The notes under the pieces are model-generated. The model saw only the letters and a list, made by a program, of their open reading frames with translations. It was not told the DNA's origin and made no database searches. The translations under genes were made by a program, and so were the position numbers. From NCBI RefSeq assembly GCF_963921235.1, contig NC_086097.1:106642001-106706000 (forward strand): a stretch of DNA of 64,000 nt, given 5' to 3'. The DNA comes from Mobula hypostoma (lineage: Eukaryota). This document shows positions 34,401 through 46,945 of this stretch, one piece after another; the first letter of the stretch is position 1, and every line of letters starts with the position of its first letter.

Positions 34401-35882
34401 ATTAGGTGGTTAAGCAGAAGGGTAAATTGGCAGCAAGGACTGGGCGTCAAAACCACATTGTCGCCTAGTGGGCGTTGGGGTGGGTTGTCAGATGATATCA
34501 GTGGACCGGGGGATCTGAACTGTATATGTCTTTGTATTATACTGATAGTCCATACGGGTTTGTTGACTTGTACATGCAAGGACTGGGCTTCCACAGTGTC
34601 ACGGAGTGGGGGAGTGGTCTTCAAGATTCTTTTGTGTTCTTGAATGTGTTCTTGTGTGTGACTGTTGGTAATGTGTTTTGCCACCTTGACACCGTAGTAA
34701 TGCTGTCTTATTTGGCTGTATTCATGTATGGTTGAACCACAATTAAGCTTGAATTGAGTTTACTTGGAAACTGAGGTAAAAGGTGAGTAAGTTAAATGGT
34801 GAGAAGACTATGATAAGGGACAGCAATGTAAAGGATGAGAAAATGAGGAAGGGAAAAAAGTGAAACACGAGAGGAAAAGGCTAAGTGAAAGGTAAAACGG
34901 GAATGCAAAGTCAGGTTGTCTCTAAATTCTTCAAAGGGCAATTGTTTATAAGAGTGGTACAGATAGAAAACTTGGTTTGAGGCTGTGTGAGAGGTCCCGA
35001 TTATATCCCCAACTATCATTGCTCAAACAGTTAATGATGATGAGATTTCTCACTGTGGCCCCCTGTCAAGGCTTTGCACCACTAACACAATACAGGCATA
35101 TTATCTCCCCTAGCCTGCAAAACTGTGGCTGAATTTTCTAGATTGTCCTTCAGCACCTTGAACTGTGCTTCCATGTTCCAAATCGGGCACACTTCTCCAC
35201 ACATTCTCATGTCTTTGAAAGTGTTACAAAGCCATCAGGGTACTTTCCCATGCCACAGACTGTGCTTAGAGCCTCAGATGCCCTTCTGCACACCAGGCTA
35301 CGCTTTTGTACAACAGACTTTGCTTTCATATCTCCGGTTAACTTTGTGCACGCAGTGCTGTGCTCCTGAACCTAAGTGTTCCCATGCCCCAGATTGCCCT
35401 CTTGTGCTCCCTTTTCCCCTATGTTTCTCCTGCACCCTTGGTATGCTTCTGGACCCCATGCTACAGATTCTTCCCTAAACCTCAGCCTGTGCTCCTGTAT
35501 CCCAGTAAGCATTTCTAGCCTCAAACCATGGCCCAGTAGCACAAACTGCTCTCTTGCCCTAGCTTGTGATCTGTGCTACAGAATGTGCTTCCATACCCAA
35601 GACTCCTTCACTTCAGACTGTCTTCCTAAATCTAGGAGTGTGCTCCAAAATTCCAGGTACAATGCATCATACTGTCCTCTGACTACCAGGAAGTTTAACC
35701 CGAAAGTACTACAAAACAACATGCAGTCTGTATCCCATTCTGGCAGTTTTCTGCTACTGCAAGGAGTACTGCTTCCATGAAGCATTCAACGCAGGATTTT
35801 GATGAGTTGGGATATTTAGTAAGTGTGTGGAAAGAAGTGCTGTGTTGGTATTTTGAAGAAATGCTAAAGATTAATTAATATA

Positions 35883-36393
35883 AACTGAGTGACCACTTTA
35901 TTAGGTAGACTTGTACACCTGCTCATTAATGCAAATATCTAATTAGCCAACCACATGGGAGCAAATCAATGCATAAAAGCACGCAGACATGGTGAAGGCG
36001 TTCAGCTGTTGTTCAGACCAAACATCAGAACAAGGAAGAAATGTGATCTAAGTGATTATGATCGTGGAAAGATTGTTGGTGCCAGACAGGATGGTTTGCA
36101 TATCTTAGAAACTGCTGATCTGGGATTTTCACGCAGCCTCTAGAGTTTACAGAGAACAGTGCAATAAACAAACATCCAGTGAGCTGCAGTTCCGAGGGCG
36201 AAAACGTCTTGTTAATGAGAGACTGAGGTCAGACGTTGGCCAGACTGGTTCAAACTGACAGGAAGGTGACAGTAACTCAGATTATTTTGTGCTACAACAG
36301 TGGTGTGCAGAACAGCATCTCTGAATGCACAGCACATTCAACCTTAAACTGGATGGGCTACAGCAGCAGAAAACCACTAACATACACTCAGTA
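35883..36393 (+). mobile_element. Tc1-derived non-autonomous element
   Basis: TIR-like actgagtgaccactttattaggta; N-terminal transposase remnant KKCDLSDYDRGKIVGARQDGL.ILETADLGFS. Confidence 0.75.
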
Positions 36394-37011
36394 TTATTAA
36401 AACTGGATTTCTAATTTATATTCTAATGTACCTGTATGTTCATGAATTTTAGAATATTACCTACATATATCACTAAAAACAAATGAATCTACTTCATCTA
36501 CTTCATTTACTTCATTAGCTGTAAATTTCTCCTCCTTGGTAGGGAGGGGAGACCCACCGCTCAAATAGTGGGTGTTTGCAGCTGGACTTGCCATGGAGGA
36601 CAAACAGGGATGTGATCTAGCCTTTGAAGAGTAGGTGGCTACAGTTAACCTCCCTTTAGTGAGGGTGCCCACAGCTCTCTATATCAGATAGGGTTTAAGT
36701 TCTGAACTTTATGGACAGCAAACCCAAAACCATCACAGAAAATTAATTGCTATTGAAATTATGACAGACATATGGTCTCCATTAATGCTCATATGTACTG
36801 TCCATTGTGCCTTGAGGATGTGGGTGCAGACGGAGACCACTATAACCAACAGCATTTTGCATGAGCAACTAAAGGAACTCCAGCTGAAGTGGATTTTGAA
36901 CTTTGGGATGGAGAATATTAGCTGTATACTTTGTCCCTCAAGGCCATTTACTGTTATAGATTCAGTTAATGGAAAGGTACAGCAGACTGAAGCAGTATTG
37001 AGGATCTAGAA

Positions 37012-37080
37012 TGGGGGTTCTCAACTTGGAGTACACAGATCCATTGCTTAATAATATTGGTCCATAGTTGGAAACCCCTG
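37012..37080. mobile_element. 69-bp hAT-type mini-MITE with 8-bp TSD
   Basis: TIRs tgggggttctcaac / gttggaaacccctg; atctagaa at 37004-37011 and 37081-37088. Confidence 0.8.
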
Positions 37081-37199
37081 ATCTAGAAGACTGCATTGGA
37101 AATGCTTCAGGCCTTAGGTACAACATCCTAGGAGCTCATGTAGTCAAGAACAGGATAAAGTTGAGCAAACTGATAGAACACTTATATCTTTACATCGAT

Positions 37200-37380
37200 T
37201 TCATGTTACACTTAAACAGGAGTTTGAAATTGCAAGCAGTGTCAAACTCCTGGGAGTACACATCACACACAACCACTCATGGTCCCAGAACACATCCTCC
37301 ACAGTCAAGAGACCTCACCAATGCCTCTACTTTCCGAGAAGGCTGAAGAGAGCTGGACTGCACACATCTATACTCATGTC
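37200..37380 (+). mobile_element. Small Rex1-type RT C-terminal fragment
   Basis: KLLGVHITHN.SWSQNT and QCLYFPRRLKRA motifs. Confidence 0.6.
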
Positions 37381-37659
37381 ATGGAGAGGTTTTTGCAGGG
37401 TGGTGGGAAGCAGAGTGTAGGGACCCAGGATAGGATGGATAGTTTTAAAAAAAAGTGAAGATAGCAAGCAGTCAGCCTATCAGGAAGGGTAAGCAGATGA
37501 TAGGACAAAATTACAGCCAGCAGGATGAGTACCAGTGCATTGGGGATGCAGAATCAAAAAGGGTAGCAAATACAGTGCTCAAAGTGTTATATCTCAGTGC
37601 ATGGAGTATAAGAAATAAGGTGGATGATGTTGTTGCACTATTACAGATGGTCATTACAG

Positions 37660-38347
37660 ATAGTCATAGTCATACTTTATTGATCCCGAGGGAAATTGGG
37701 TTTCATTACAGTTGCAGCAACCAAGAATAGAGTATAGATAGAGCAATATAAAACCATAAATAATTAAATAATAGTATGTAAATTATGCCAGGAAATAAGT
37801 CCAGGACCAGCCTATTGGCTCAGGGTGTCTGACCCTCCAAGGGAGGAGTTGTAAAGTTTGATGGCCACAGGCAGGAATGACTTCCTATGACGCTCAGTGT
37901 TGCATCTCGGTGGAATGAGTCTCTAGCTGAATGTACTCCTGTGCCCAACCAGTACATTATGTAGTGGATGGGAGACATTGTCCAAGATGGCATGCAACTT
38001 GGACAGCATCCTCTTTTCAGACACCACCGTCAAGAGTCCAGTTCCATCCCCACAACATCATTGGCCTGACGAATGAGTTTGTTGATTCTGTTGGTGTCTA
38101 CTACCCTTAGCCTGCTGCCCCAGCACACAACAGCAAACACGATAGCACTGGCCACCACAGACTCGTAGAATATCCTCAGCATCGTTCGGCAGATGTTAAA
38201 GGACCTCAGTCTCCTCAGGAAATAGAGACGGCTCTGACCCTTCTTGTAGACAGCCTCAGTGTTCTTTGACCAGTCCAGTTTATTGTCAATTCGTATCCGC
38301 AGGTCTTTGTAATCCTCCACCATAGTCCACACTGACCCCCTGGATGT
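37660..38347 (-). mobile_element. Rex1/Babar-type LINE 3' fragment nested in the CR1 endonuclease
   Basis: ORF 38030-38362 [35 protein letters not shown]; (ATGACT)n tail. Confidence 0.88.
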
Positions 38348-39259
38348 TGTTGTGGCCATCACTGATTTGTGGCTGAAGGATGGTTGCAGTTGGGAGCCAA
38401 ATATCCAAGGTTACACATTGTATTGGAAGGATAGAAAGGTGGGCAGAGGGGCTGGTGTGGCTCTACTGGTAAAGAATGGCATCAAATCAGTAGGAGGATG
38501 CGGCATAGAATTGGAAGATGTTGAATCCTTGTGGGTTGAGTTAAGAAACGGCAAGGATAAAAGGACCCTGATGGCAGTTATACACAGGCCTCCTAACAGT
38601 AGCTGTGATGCAGACCACAGATCACAACAGGAAATAGAAAAGGCATGTCAAACGGGCAATGTTATGATAGCCATGGGAGATTTCAACATGCAGGTCAACT
38701 GGGAAAATCAGGTTGGTAACAGATCTCAAGAGAGTGAGTTTGTTGAATGTCTATGAGATGTCTTTTTTAAAGCATTTGTTGCTGAGCCTACTAGAGAATC
38801 AGCTGTACTGGACTGGGTGTTATGTAATGAACTAGAGGTGATTAGGGAGCTTAAGGTAAAAGAACCCTTAGGAGGCAGTAATCACATGATTCAGTTCAAT
38901 TTGAAATTTGATAGGGAGAAAGTAAAGCCTGACATAGCAGTATTTCAGTGGAGTAAAGAAAATTACAGTGGTATGAGAGAGGAGTTGGCCAAAGTACATT
39001 GGAAGGAGATGCTGACAGGGATAAGAACAGAGCAGCAATGGTGTGAGTTTCTGAGGAAAATGAGGAGAATGCAGGACAGATGTATTCCAAAAATGAAAAA
39101 ATACTCAAATAGCAAAATAGTACAACTATGGCTGACAAGGGAAGTCAAAGCTAATGTAAAAGCACATGAGAGGGCATACATCAAAGCAAAAATTAGTGGG
39201 AAGAAAGAGGATTGGGAAGCTTTTACAAACCAACAGAGAGCAACTAAAAGAATCATTAG

Positions 39260-39877
39260 ATTTTGAAGACACATAGTTCCCTTTTATTGTCATTTAGTAA
39301 TGCATGCATTAAGAAATGATACATTATTTCCTCCAGTGTGACATCAAAAAACGCAGGACAAACCAAGACTGAAAAAACTGACAAAACCACATAATTATAC
39401 ATATAGTTACAACAGTGCACAATACCATAACTTGATGAAGAAAGTCCGTGAGCACAGTAAAGTTCAAAGTTTCTCAAATGTCCCACATCTCATGCAGACG
39501 GGAGAGGGAAGAAAAACTCTCCCTGCCATGCTGACCACAATCCAACTCTGAGTCATCCGAAAACTTCGAGCTCTGATCAGCTCTCCGACACCGAGTACTG
39601 AGTGCCATCTCTGTCCAAGCGATTCGACCTCTCTCTCGGTCGCCAAAAGCAGGCAAGCCCGGGGATTTTGAGGCCTACCCTCCAAAAGATTCCCGCCCAC
39701 ACAGTAACGACAGCAGCGGACGGGCGTTTCAGAAATTTCTCCAGATGTTCCTCTGTGATTTCACGTCCATTTTCCATCAAATCAGAATTGTGCATGGCCC
39801 CTATTTAACAGATACGACATCATTTTTCACTGGAGAGTTGCGCATGCGTGGCGCACTGCCATCTTCTCCTCCGGCCT
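39260..39877 (-). mobile_element. About 620-bp non-coding interspersed element nested in the CR1
   Basis: Cleanly interrupts CR1 ORF2; CpG-rich 5' end ggaggagaagatggcagtgcgcc; 3' end aatgacaataaaagg resembles Rex1-type tails. Confidence 0.65.
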
Positions 39878-41112
39878 TTTAAGAGGGCAAAGATGAACTA
39901 GGAAAGCAAGCTCGCAAACAACATAAAAATGGATAGTAAAAACTTTTACAAGTACAATGTATGTTAAAAAAAAAAGAGATGAGAGTGGATATAGGGCTGC
40001 TAGAAAATGAGGCCAGGGAAATAATAATGGGGGCAAGGAGATGGCAGGTGAACTAAGTGAGTATTTTGCATCAATCTTTCACTGTGGAAGACACGAGCAA
40101 TGTGCCAGATGTTGAAGGGTGTGAGGGAAGAGAAGTGAGTGCAGTTACTATTATAAGGGAGAAGATGCTCAAAAAGCTGAAAAGCCGAAGGGTACACATC
40201 ACCCAGACCAGATAAACTGCACCCGAGGGTTCTGAAAAAGTTAGCGGTTATGGAGGCATTAGTAATGATCTTTCAAAAATCATTGGATTCTGGCTTGGTG
40301 CTAGAGGACTGGAAAATTGCAAATGTCACTCCACTCTTTAAGAAAAGAGGGAGGCAGCAGAAAGGAAATTCACCTGAGCTCAGTAGTTGGGAAGATGTTG
40401 GAATCAATTGTTAAGGATGAGGTTATGGAGTAGTTGGTGACATATTTGGTCTACTTCTCTTCACCTATTGTCTATTGTCTAAGATAGGACAAAGTCAGCA
40501 TGGTTTCCTTAAGGGAAAATCTTGTCTGACGACTCTGTTGGAATTCTTTGAGGAGATTACAAGTAGGATAGGTAAAGGGGACGCAGTGGATGTTGTATTT
40601 TTGGACTTTGACAAGGTACCATACAAGAGGCTGCTTTCCAAGTTAAGAGCCCATGGTACCGCAGGAAAGTTACTGGCATCGTTACAGCATCAGCTGATTG
40701 GTAGGAGGCAGCAATTAGGAATAAAAAGATCCTTGTCTGGTTGGCTGACACTGACTAGTGGTGTTCTGCAAGGTCCAGTGTTGGGACCAGTTCTTTTTGT
40801 GCTGTATATCGATAATTTAGATGATAGAACAGATTTTTTTGTTGCCAAGTTTGCAGCGATAAGAAGAATGGTGGAGGGGCAGGTAGTGTTGAAGAAACAG
40901 GTGGCTGCAGAAGGACAGACAGATTAGGAGAATGGGCAAGAAAGTGACAAATACATGGCCATGCACTTTGGTAGTTGATATAAATGTATATATTATTTTC
41001 TAAGCAGTGAGAAATCCAAAAATCTGAACTGCAAAGGGACCTGGGAATCATTGTGCAGAACACCCTAGAGATTAACTTACAGGTTGAGTCGGTGATGAGG
41101 AAGGCAAATGGC

Positions 41113-41775
41113 TGTGTTGCCCTTAAGGCATTTATTTGACTTTGTTGGGTCTACGCTTTAAATGATTTGTTTGGAACTATTTTCTAGTTAAAGTTAAAGG
41201 TTGATAATTAAGTATAACAAAGGTAAATTCATTGTCTATGGTATATCGCGGCATGTGATGACGTCACCTCCGGTTTCGCCGCGTCTTATGTGTAACCTCC
41301 GGTTCGGAGAAGGTGTAAAGGTGGGTGCCATGCGTGCAGCATGATCGTGAAAAGCTCCGTGTCTACCCACAAAGAAACATTATAGAAGCAATGCCGTAAG
41401 TTCATAAGGAAGTATTTGAAGTAAAAATATTAATGCAGTTTCTGTTAAGGAAGCGGCGGTTCGGGTGGCGCGCGTGTCGGCTTTTCAATTTCAAATGCAG
41501 GGTGGGCTCAGGCCCGGCAGTGGTTTGACACGACCCCCTTGTTCTCTACTCGGGGCGGCTGGAGACACTCGCTAAAAGAAGAGAGCGCGCATGGTCTCCA
41601 GAATGAAACAGACGCTGTACATGTTTGTATTTTTTTTATAAACAGTTTTCACCATACAATGTTAATGTGGAAGAGTGCACAGTAAATGGTTAACCTTACT
41701 ACGACTCTGCCTTATTGGCTCCGGTTTAACTTGGTATTTAGTCAGAGTTTCAACACACTGCACGAGAACACTGCA
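41113..41775 (+). mobile_element. Solo LTR (663 bp) with 5-bp TSD
   Basis: TG...CA termini; atggc at 41108-41112 and 41776-41780; CpG-rich core; AGTAAA at 41681; orientation tentative. Confidence 0.75.
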
Positions 41776-42047
41776 ATGGCATCAAAGGTTACGGGGAGAA
41801 GGCCGGGGAGTGGAGCTGAGGAGGTGAAAAAAGGATCAGCCATGATTGAATGATGGATCAGACTTGATGGGCCAAATGGCCTAATTCTGCTCCTACGTCT
41901 TATGGTCTTGTCTTTCTACAGATGAGCAGTAGAAAGCATCCTATCAAGCTACATCACTGCTTGGCACAGAAACTGCACTGCGGAAGACAGGTAGTTAAAA
42001 CTGCCCAATGCATCACCGGCACCAGCCTATCCACCAACAAAGACATA

Positions 42048-42740
42048 TCAAGTCAAGTCACTTTTTATTGTCATTTCGACCATAACTGCTGGTACAGTAC
42101 ACAGTGAAAACAAGACAACGTTTTTCAGGACCATGGTGCTACATGAAACAATACAAAAACTACATTGAACTACGTAAAACAACACAAAAACTACACTAAA
42201 CTACAGACCTACCCAGGACTGCATAAAGTGCACAAAACAGTGTAGGCATTACAATAAATAATAAACAAGACAATAGGCACAGTAGAGGGCAGTAGGTTGG
42301 TGTCAGTCCTGGCTCTGAGTATTGAGGAGTCTGATGGCTTGGGGGAAGAAACTGTTACATAGTCTGGTCGTGACAGCCTGAATGCTTTGGTGCCTTTTGC
42401 CAGATGGCAGGAGGGAGAAGAGTTTGTATGAGGGGTGCGTGGGGTCCTTCATAATGCTGTTTGCTTTGTGGATGCAGCGTCTGATGTAAATGTCTGTAAT
42501 AGCGGGAAGATCTTCCCCGATCTTCTCAGCTGACCTCACTATCCGCTGCAGGGTCTTGCGATCCGAGGTGGTGCAATTTCCGAACCAGGCAGTGATGCAG
42601 CTGCTCAGGATGCTCTCAATACAACCTCTGTAGAATGTGATGAGGATAGGCGGTGGGAGATGGACTTTCCTCAGCCTTCGCAGAAAGTAGAGATGCTGCT
42701 GGGCTTTCTTTGCTATGGAGCTGGTGTTGAGGGACCAGGT
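42048..42740 (-). mobile_element. Rex1/Babar-type LINE 3' fragment
   Basis: [47 protein letters not shown]; (TGACT)n tail. Confidence 0.9.
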
Positions 42741-42848
42741 GGGTCTCGTCCCGAAACGTCGACTATGCTTCTTCCTATGGATGCTGTCTGGCCTGCATTT
42801 TGTGTGTGTTGCTTGAACTTCCAGCATCTGCAGATTTCCTCGTGTTTG
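42740..42848 (+). repeat. Short Penelope pLTR derivative
   Basis: gggtctcgtcccgaaacgtcgact..ttccagcatctgcagatttcctcgtgttt. Confidence 0.8.
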
Positions 42849-43059
42849 AGACTCAAAAACAGTTACTTTCCTCAAGCAAAATGCTGATCAGCACCACCAC
42901 CCACTAACTCCAACACTACTTTCTTATTTACCATCAGTTACCTTCTATACAGCTTTACATCACTTTATGGGCATACAAGAAATGTACATAAGCTATCTTA
43001 TGTATCCATATTTATTGTGAGATTTTTAAATTATTATTGTGTTCTTTATCTGTAGCTTG

Positions 43060-43500
43060 GGAGATAGGTGTCATTTTCTAAAACTGAAAGCACAAAGTCA
43101 AGAGGGCTTCATTGCTTGCTTGATACCAGGGTTAAGGACATCTCGAGGACTGGAGAGAAACTTGGAACAGGAAGGTAAACATCTAATTGTCATTGTGCAC
43201 TTAAATAACAATTTCACGGATACAACTGAAAAGCAAGTTCCGCAGAAGGACAATGATATCATTGCTCCAAATTAAAAAAGGGTAATAATCTCTGAATTCT
43301 TACCTGAATAAGACAAATTGGCATTAGGTCAAGATGATCTGTGGTCAACAACAAGTGGGTTTCAATTAACGGGCACTGGCACTGGGACTGAAGGAAGTAT
43401 GAGCTGATCCATTGGGATGGGCTTCAGTTGAATAGGGCTGGGACAGGAGTCACAGTGAATTGTATAACTAGAGCTGCAGACACGACTTTAGATAAATAAC
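43060..43500 (+). mobile_element. Old CR1 ORF1 (esterase) remnant
   Basis: ACLIPG..LERNLEQEG..VIVH and gatgggcttcagttgaa (DGLQLN) motifs. Confidence 0.6.
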
Positions 43501-43659
43501 AGGGGTGAAGGATTAAGGCAAGTTTATAAAGTTGAAGACAAAGAGCAGTGAACAACTAACAAAGGCTGATTAAAATTACAAAGAAGGAGACAATAAAATT
43601 ATGACAGTGCAGTAGAAGTATGAGAAAACAGAAATAAATCTATATAAATTTTTATCTGT

Positions 43660-43812
43660 TTCTTTATTTAGAGATAGATGAGGAACAGGCCCTTCCAGCC
43701 CAAGTTACAATGACCGAACAACCTACTAACTGCTACATCTTTGGAATGTGGGAGGAAATCAGAGTACCCACAGAGCACTCATGGAGAGGATGTACTAACT
43801 CCTTACAGATGG
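43660..43812 (-). mobile_element. V-SINE remnant
   Basis: Reversed V-domain tacatctttggaatgtgggaggaaatcagagtaccc. Confidence 0.55.
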
Positions 43813-43849
43813 CTAAATCCATTTATTAGTTCTTTAAGGTTGTCATAGC

Positions 43850-44200
43850 TGGGGGAGATAGTGGAAATAAGCTGTGACTACCTATCAAATGCTCCCAATG
43901 ATGTGCATCCTAAATAGCCTCTGACAACTAAATCCAGCTCCTGGCCTTCACATGCGGCTTAGCTGCTAAACCTAGCAAGAACTATTTCTACTGATGGGGA
44001 GAAGGGGTAAAGGTGGGTTACTGGTGCCTTAAAACCAGTCACTTCGGACAGATGGAGCTTGTCAGCCATGGTTGGCAGATCATGGAGAAGGAAAATTCTG
44101 ATCTCAAACCTCTGCTGCTTTGCAGTTATACCCATTCATCGGGAAAACCTCGGGTGTAATCCTTGCGGAAAAGTCCAGAGCTGAAGTCCCTAAGGCAGTC
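43850..44200 (+). repeat. Unclassified interspersed repeat, possibly derived from an RTE 5' UTR
   Basis: GC-richer block containing ggagaaggaaaattctgatctcaaacctctgctgc; recognised from memory only. Confidence 0.3.
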
Positions 44201-45660
44201 CAGAAGAGCTCAATGCCTTCTATGCTTGCTTTGATCATTAGAACAGGGAAGAATGATTGTCCACTCCCATGACTCCTAATGATCCTTTGGTCTCAGTGCC
44301 TGCACATGATGTGCAGGCTGCCTTCAAGAGGGTGAATCCAAGGAAAGCATCCAGTCCGGATGGAGTACCTGGCCGAGTACTGAAGACCAGTGCTGACCAA
44401 AACTGGCTGGTGTGTTCATAGATATCTTTAACCTCTCACTCCAGCAGTGTTTGGTACCCCACCTGCTTCAAGCAGGCACCAATCGTACCGGTGTCCAATA
44501 AGAGTGAGGTAACCTGTCTCGATGACTATCGCCCAGTGGCACTTACATCCACAGTGATGAAGTGTTTTAAGAGGCTGGTGTTGGAGCAGATCAGCTCCTG
44601 TACAACTCCCCTACCGAAGCAACAAGTCTAGGGCAGATGTTCTCTCGTTGGCTCTTCACACAGCTCTGGAATATCTGTACAGGAAAGATACATACATCAG
44701 AATGCTCTTTTATCGATTACAGCTCAGCATTCAACACCATCATCCCCTCAAAACTAATCAGTAAACTCCACTACCTGGGCTTCAATACCTCCTTGTGCAA
44801 TTGGATCCTGGATTTCCTCACTTGAAGACCCCAGTCTGTTCGGATTGGCAACAAATCTCATCCATGATCTCAATCAGCGCAGGAGCACCACAGGGATGTG
44901 TACTTAGCCCCTGCTCTACTCGCTTTACACCTGTGACTGTGTGGCTGGTACTGCTCCAACACCATATACAAGTTTGCTGATGACACCACTGTTGTGGGCT
45001 GTATCAAAGGGGGTGATGAAACAGCATACAGGAGGGACATTGAAAATTTGGCTGAGTGGTGTAATAACAACAACCTCTCACCCAATGACAATAAGACCAA
45101 GGAACTGATTGTAGACTTCGGGACAGGAAAACCAGAGGTCCATGAGCCAGTAATCATCGGAGGATCAGAGTGGAGAGGGTCAGTATCTTTAAATTCCTGG
45201 GTGACACTATCTCAGAAGACCTGTTATATAAATATAATTGTGAAGAAAACATATCAGTGCCTTTACTTCCTCAGGAGTCTGTGGAGATTCAGCATGTCAT
45301 CAAAACCTTGACAAACTTCTATAGATGTGTGGTGGAAACTGTGCTGACTGACTCCATTACAGCCTGGTATGGCAACACTAATGCCTTTGAGCAGAAAGTC
45401 CTACAAATGTAGTGGATTCGACCCAGTACATCACAGTTAAACCTTCCCAACCATTGAGCACACCCACATGAAACATTGCTGTAGGAAAGCAGCATCCATT
45501 ATCAGAGATTCCACCTCCCCACCCAGGTCTTGCTCTTTTCCCTTTGCTGCCATCAGGTAGAAGGTACAAGTGCCTCAGGACTTGCATCACCGGGTTCAAG
45601 AACAGTTACTACTTCTCAACCTTCAGGCTCCTAAACAAAAGGGAATAATTACACTCATTT
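44200..45660 (+). mobile_element. Decayed Rex1/Babar-type LINE RT and C-terminus
   Basis: [54 protein letters not shown]. Confidence 0.9.
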
Positions 45661-45661
45661 A

Positions 45662-46150
45662 AGCAAGCAAGTTTATTTCAAACCCAAGGTAATTTAAAGT
45701 GCTTTACACAGAACAAGATATAAAAATCAAACAGCAAATTTCAGACAATATACAAGAGAATAAAATCACACAAAATAGATACGATAGATAGAAGTTACAG
45801 TGCAGGAGATTCTAATTAAAAGCTACAGCGAAATGATAAGTTTTAAGCCTCAATTTAAAAAAGCTTCAAGTTGGGGCAGACTTCAGATTCTCTGGAAGGT
45901 TATTCCAGATATGTGGAGCATACTAACGAAAAGCTCCTTCACCATGTTTAGTTTTGACACTGGGGTCGGTAAGCAGACCCATGCAGACGACCTGAGAGCT
46001 CAGGAAGGTTCATAATGCAGCAAGAGATCAGGGATGTATTTTGGCCCTGGACCATTCAATGCTTTATAAACCAGTAGAAATATTTTAAAGTCAATCCTCT
46101 GATAGATGAAGCTATTGTAGTGATCTGAGAGCTGGAGTGATATGTTCAAC
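45662..46150 (-). mobile_element. L2-clade LINE 3' fragment
   Basis: Minus strand EHITPALRSL..QRIDFKIFLLVYKALNGPGPKYIPDLL..ALRSS..WNNLP; tail tgtaaagcactttaaattac. Confidence 0.8.
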
Positions 46151-46399
46151 TTTCTGCATCGTTAAGTATTAAGAGTTTATACTGTACACAGTTTTATAGT
46201 ACTGTGGTACCATTGCTAGTGTTCTGACTTGTTCTGTATTTCACTTAAATACACAACTTGTTACTCAGTTGGATGGCAATTTGTCTTTCATACTTTTTTA
46301 AATATTTCCATGCAACTTTGGTTAATTGGGGCAGCCACTTAAATGGGCTATAATGTACAAGTCCCAATGTGTCCCAATTAAGCAAAATCCACTGTATTT

Positions 46400-46945
46400 T
46401 AAAAAAAAGATGAGGCAAACTTCAATCAGACTTAAGAAATAATAATGGAAAATAAGGAAACAGCAATCTTTGCAAAATTACCTTACCTGAATTTACAGTT
46501 AAAGACTCTGAAAGTACACCAATAGTACAAACTTCAGGGACAAAAAGAAAAGAATATGTTTTAAATTGTCACTACAACATAGGAAAATACACTTAAGAAA
46601 TTAATGAGACTAAAGGCCAACTAGATCTCTGGACATGATGGTCTACGTTCAAGGGTGTCAAAAGTTGCAAATGCAGAAATAGTGGAAGAAATGAGGAAAA
46701 ACAAAAGCAGGAAGCAATAAGAGGATTAGCCTGTTATCTGTTGTGAAAAATGCTAAAATCCAACATTAAGGAAACAGAAATGTGACACTTATAAAACAAC
46801 AATACAATTAAACAGAATCAATATGGTTCTATGAAAGGAAAATGATATTTAGCAAATTTATAAAGGAGTTTATTGAGGATATAATCCACTGGGGAACCAG
46901 TAGATATAATGTATTTGGATTTCTAAATACCATTTGACAAGTAGC
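46400..46945 (+). mobile_element. Old degenerate CR1 ORF2 fragment
   Basis: Residual SGHDGLR, QYGSMKGK and MYLDF motifs. Confidence 0.6.

Larger units (their letters stand above)
37382..41910 (+). mobile_element. Long decayed CR1 (end of ORF1 through 3' UTR) carrying three nested insertions
   Basis: LKVLYLSA.SIRNK, MGDFN, QHGFLKGKSCL and SGVLQGPVLGP; tail gtcttatggtct at about 41900; interrupted at 37660, 39260 and 41113. Confidence 0.88.
41920..43055 (+). mobile_element. Old Rex1-type 3' fragment (41920-42047 and 42850-43055) split by younger insertions
   Basis: ESILSSYITAW and VVKTAQCITG motifs, resuming as LKNSYFPQA after the inserts. Confidence 0.6.

Noticed and set aside
36461..36675. 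Possible minus-strand exon (ORF 36457-36672 ending at AG|gtaata)
   Set aside because: The only frame-compatible acceptor lacks a pyrimidine tract and the peptide is unrecognisable
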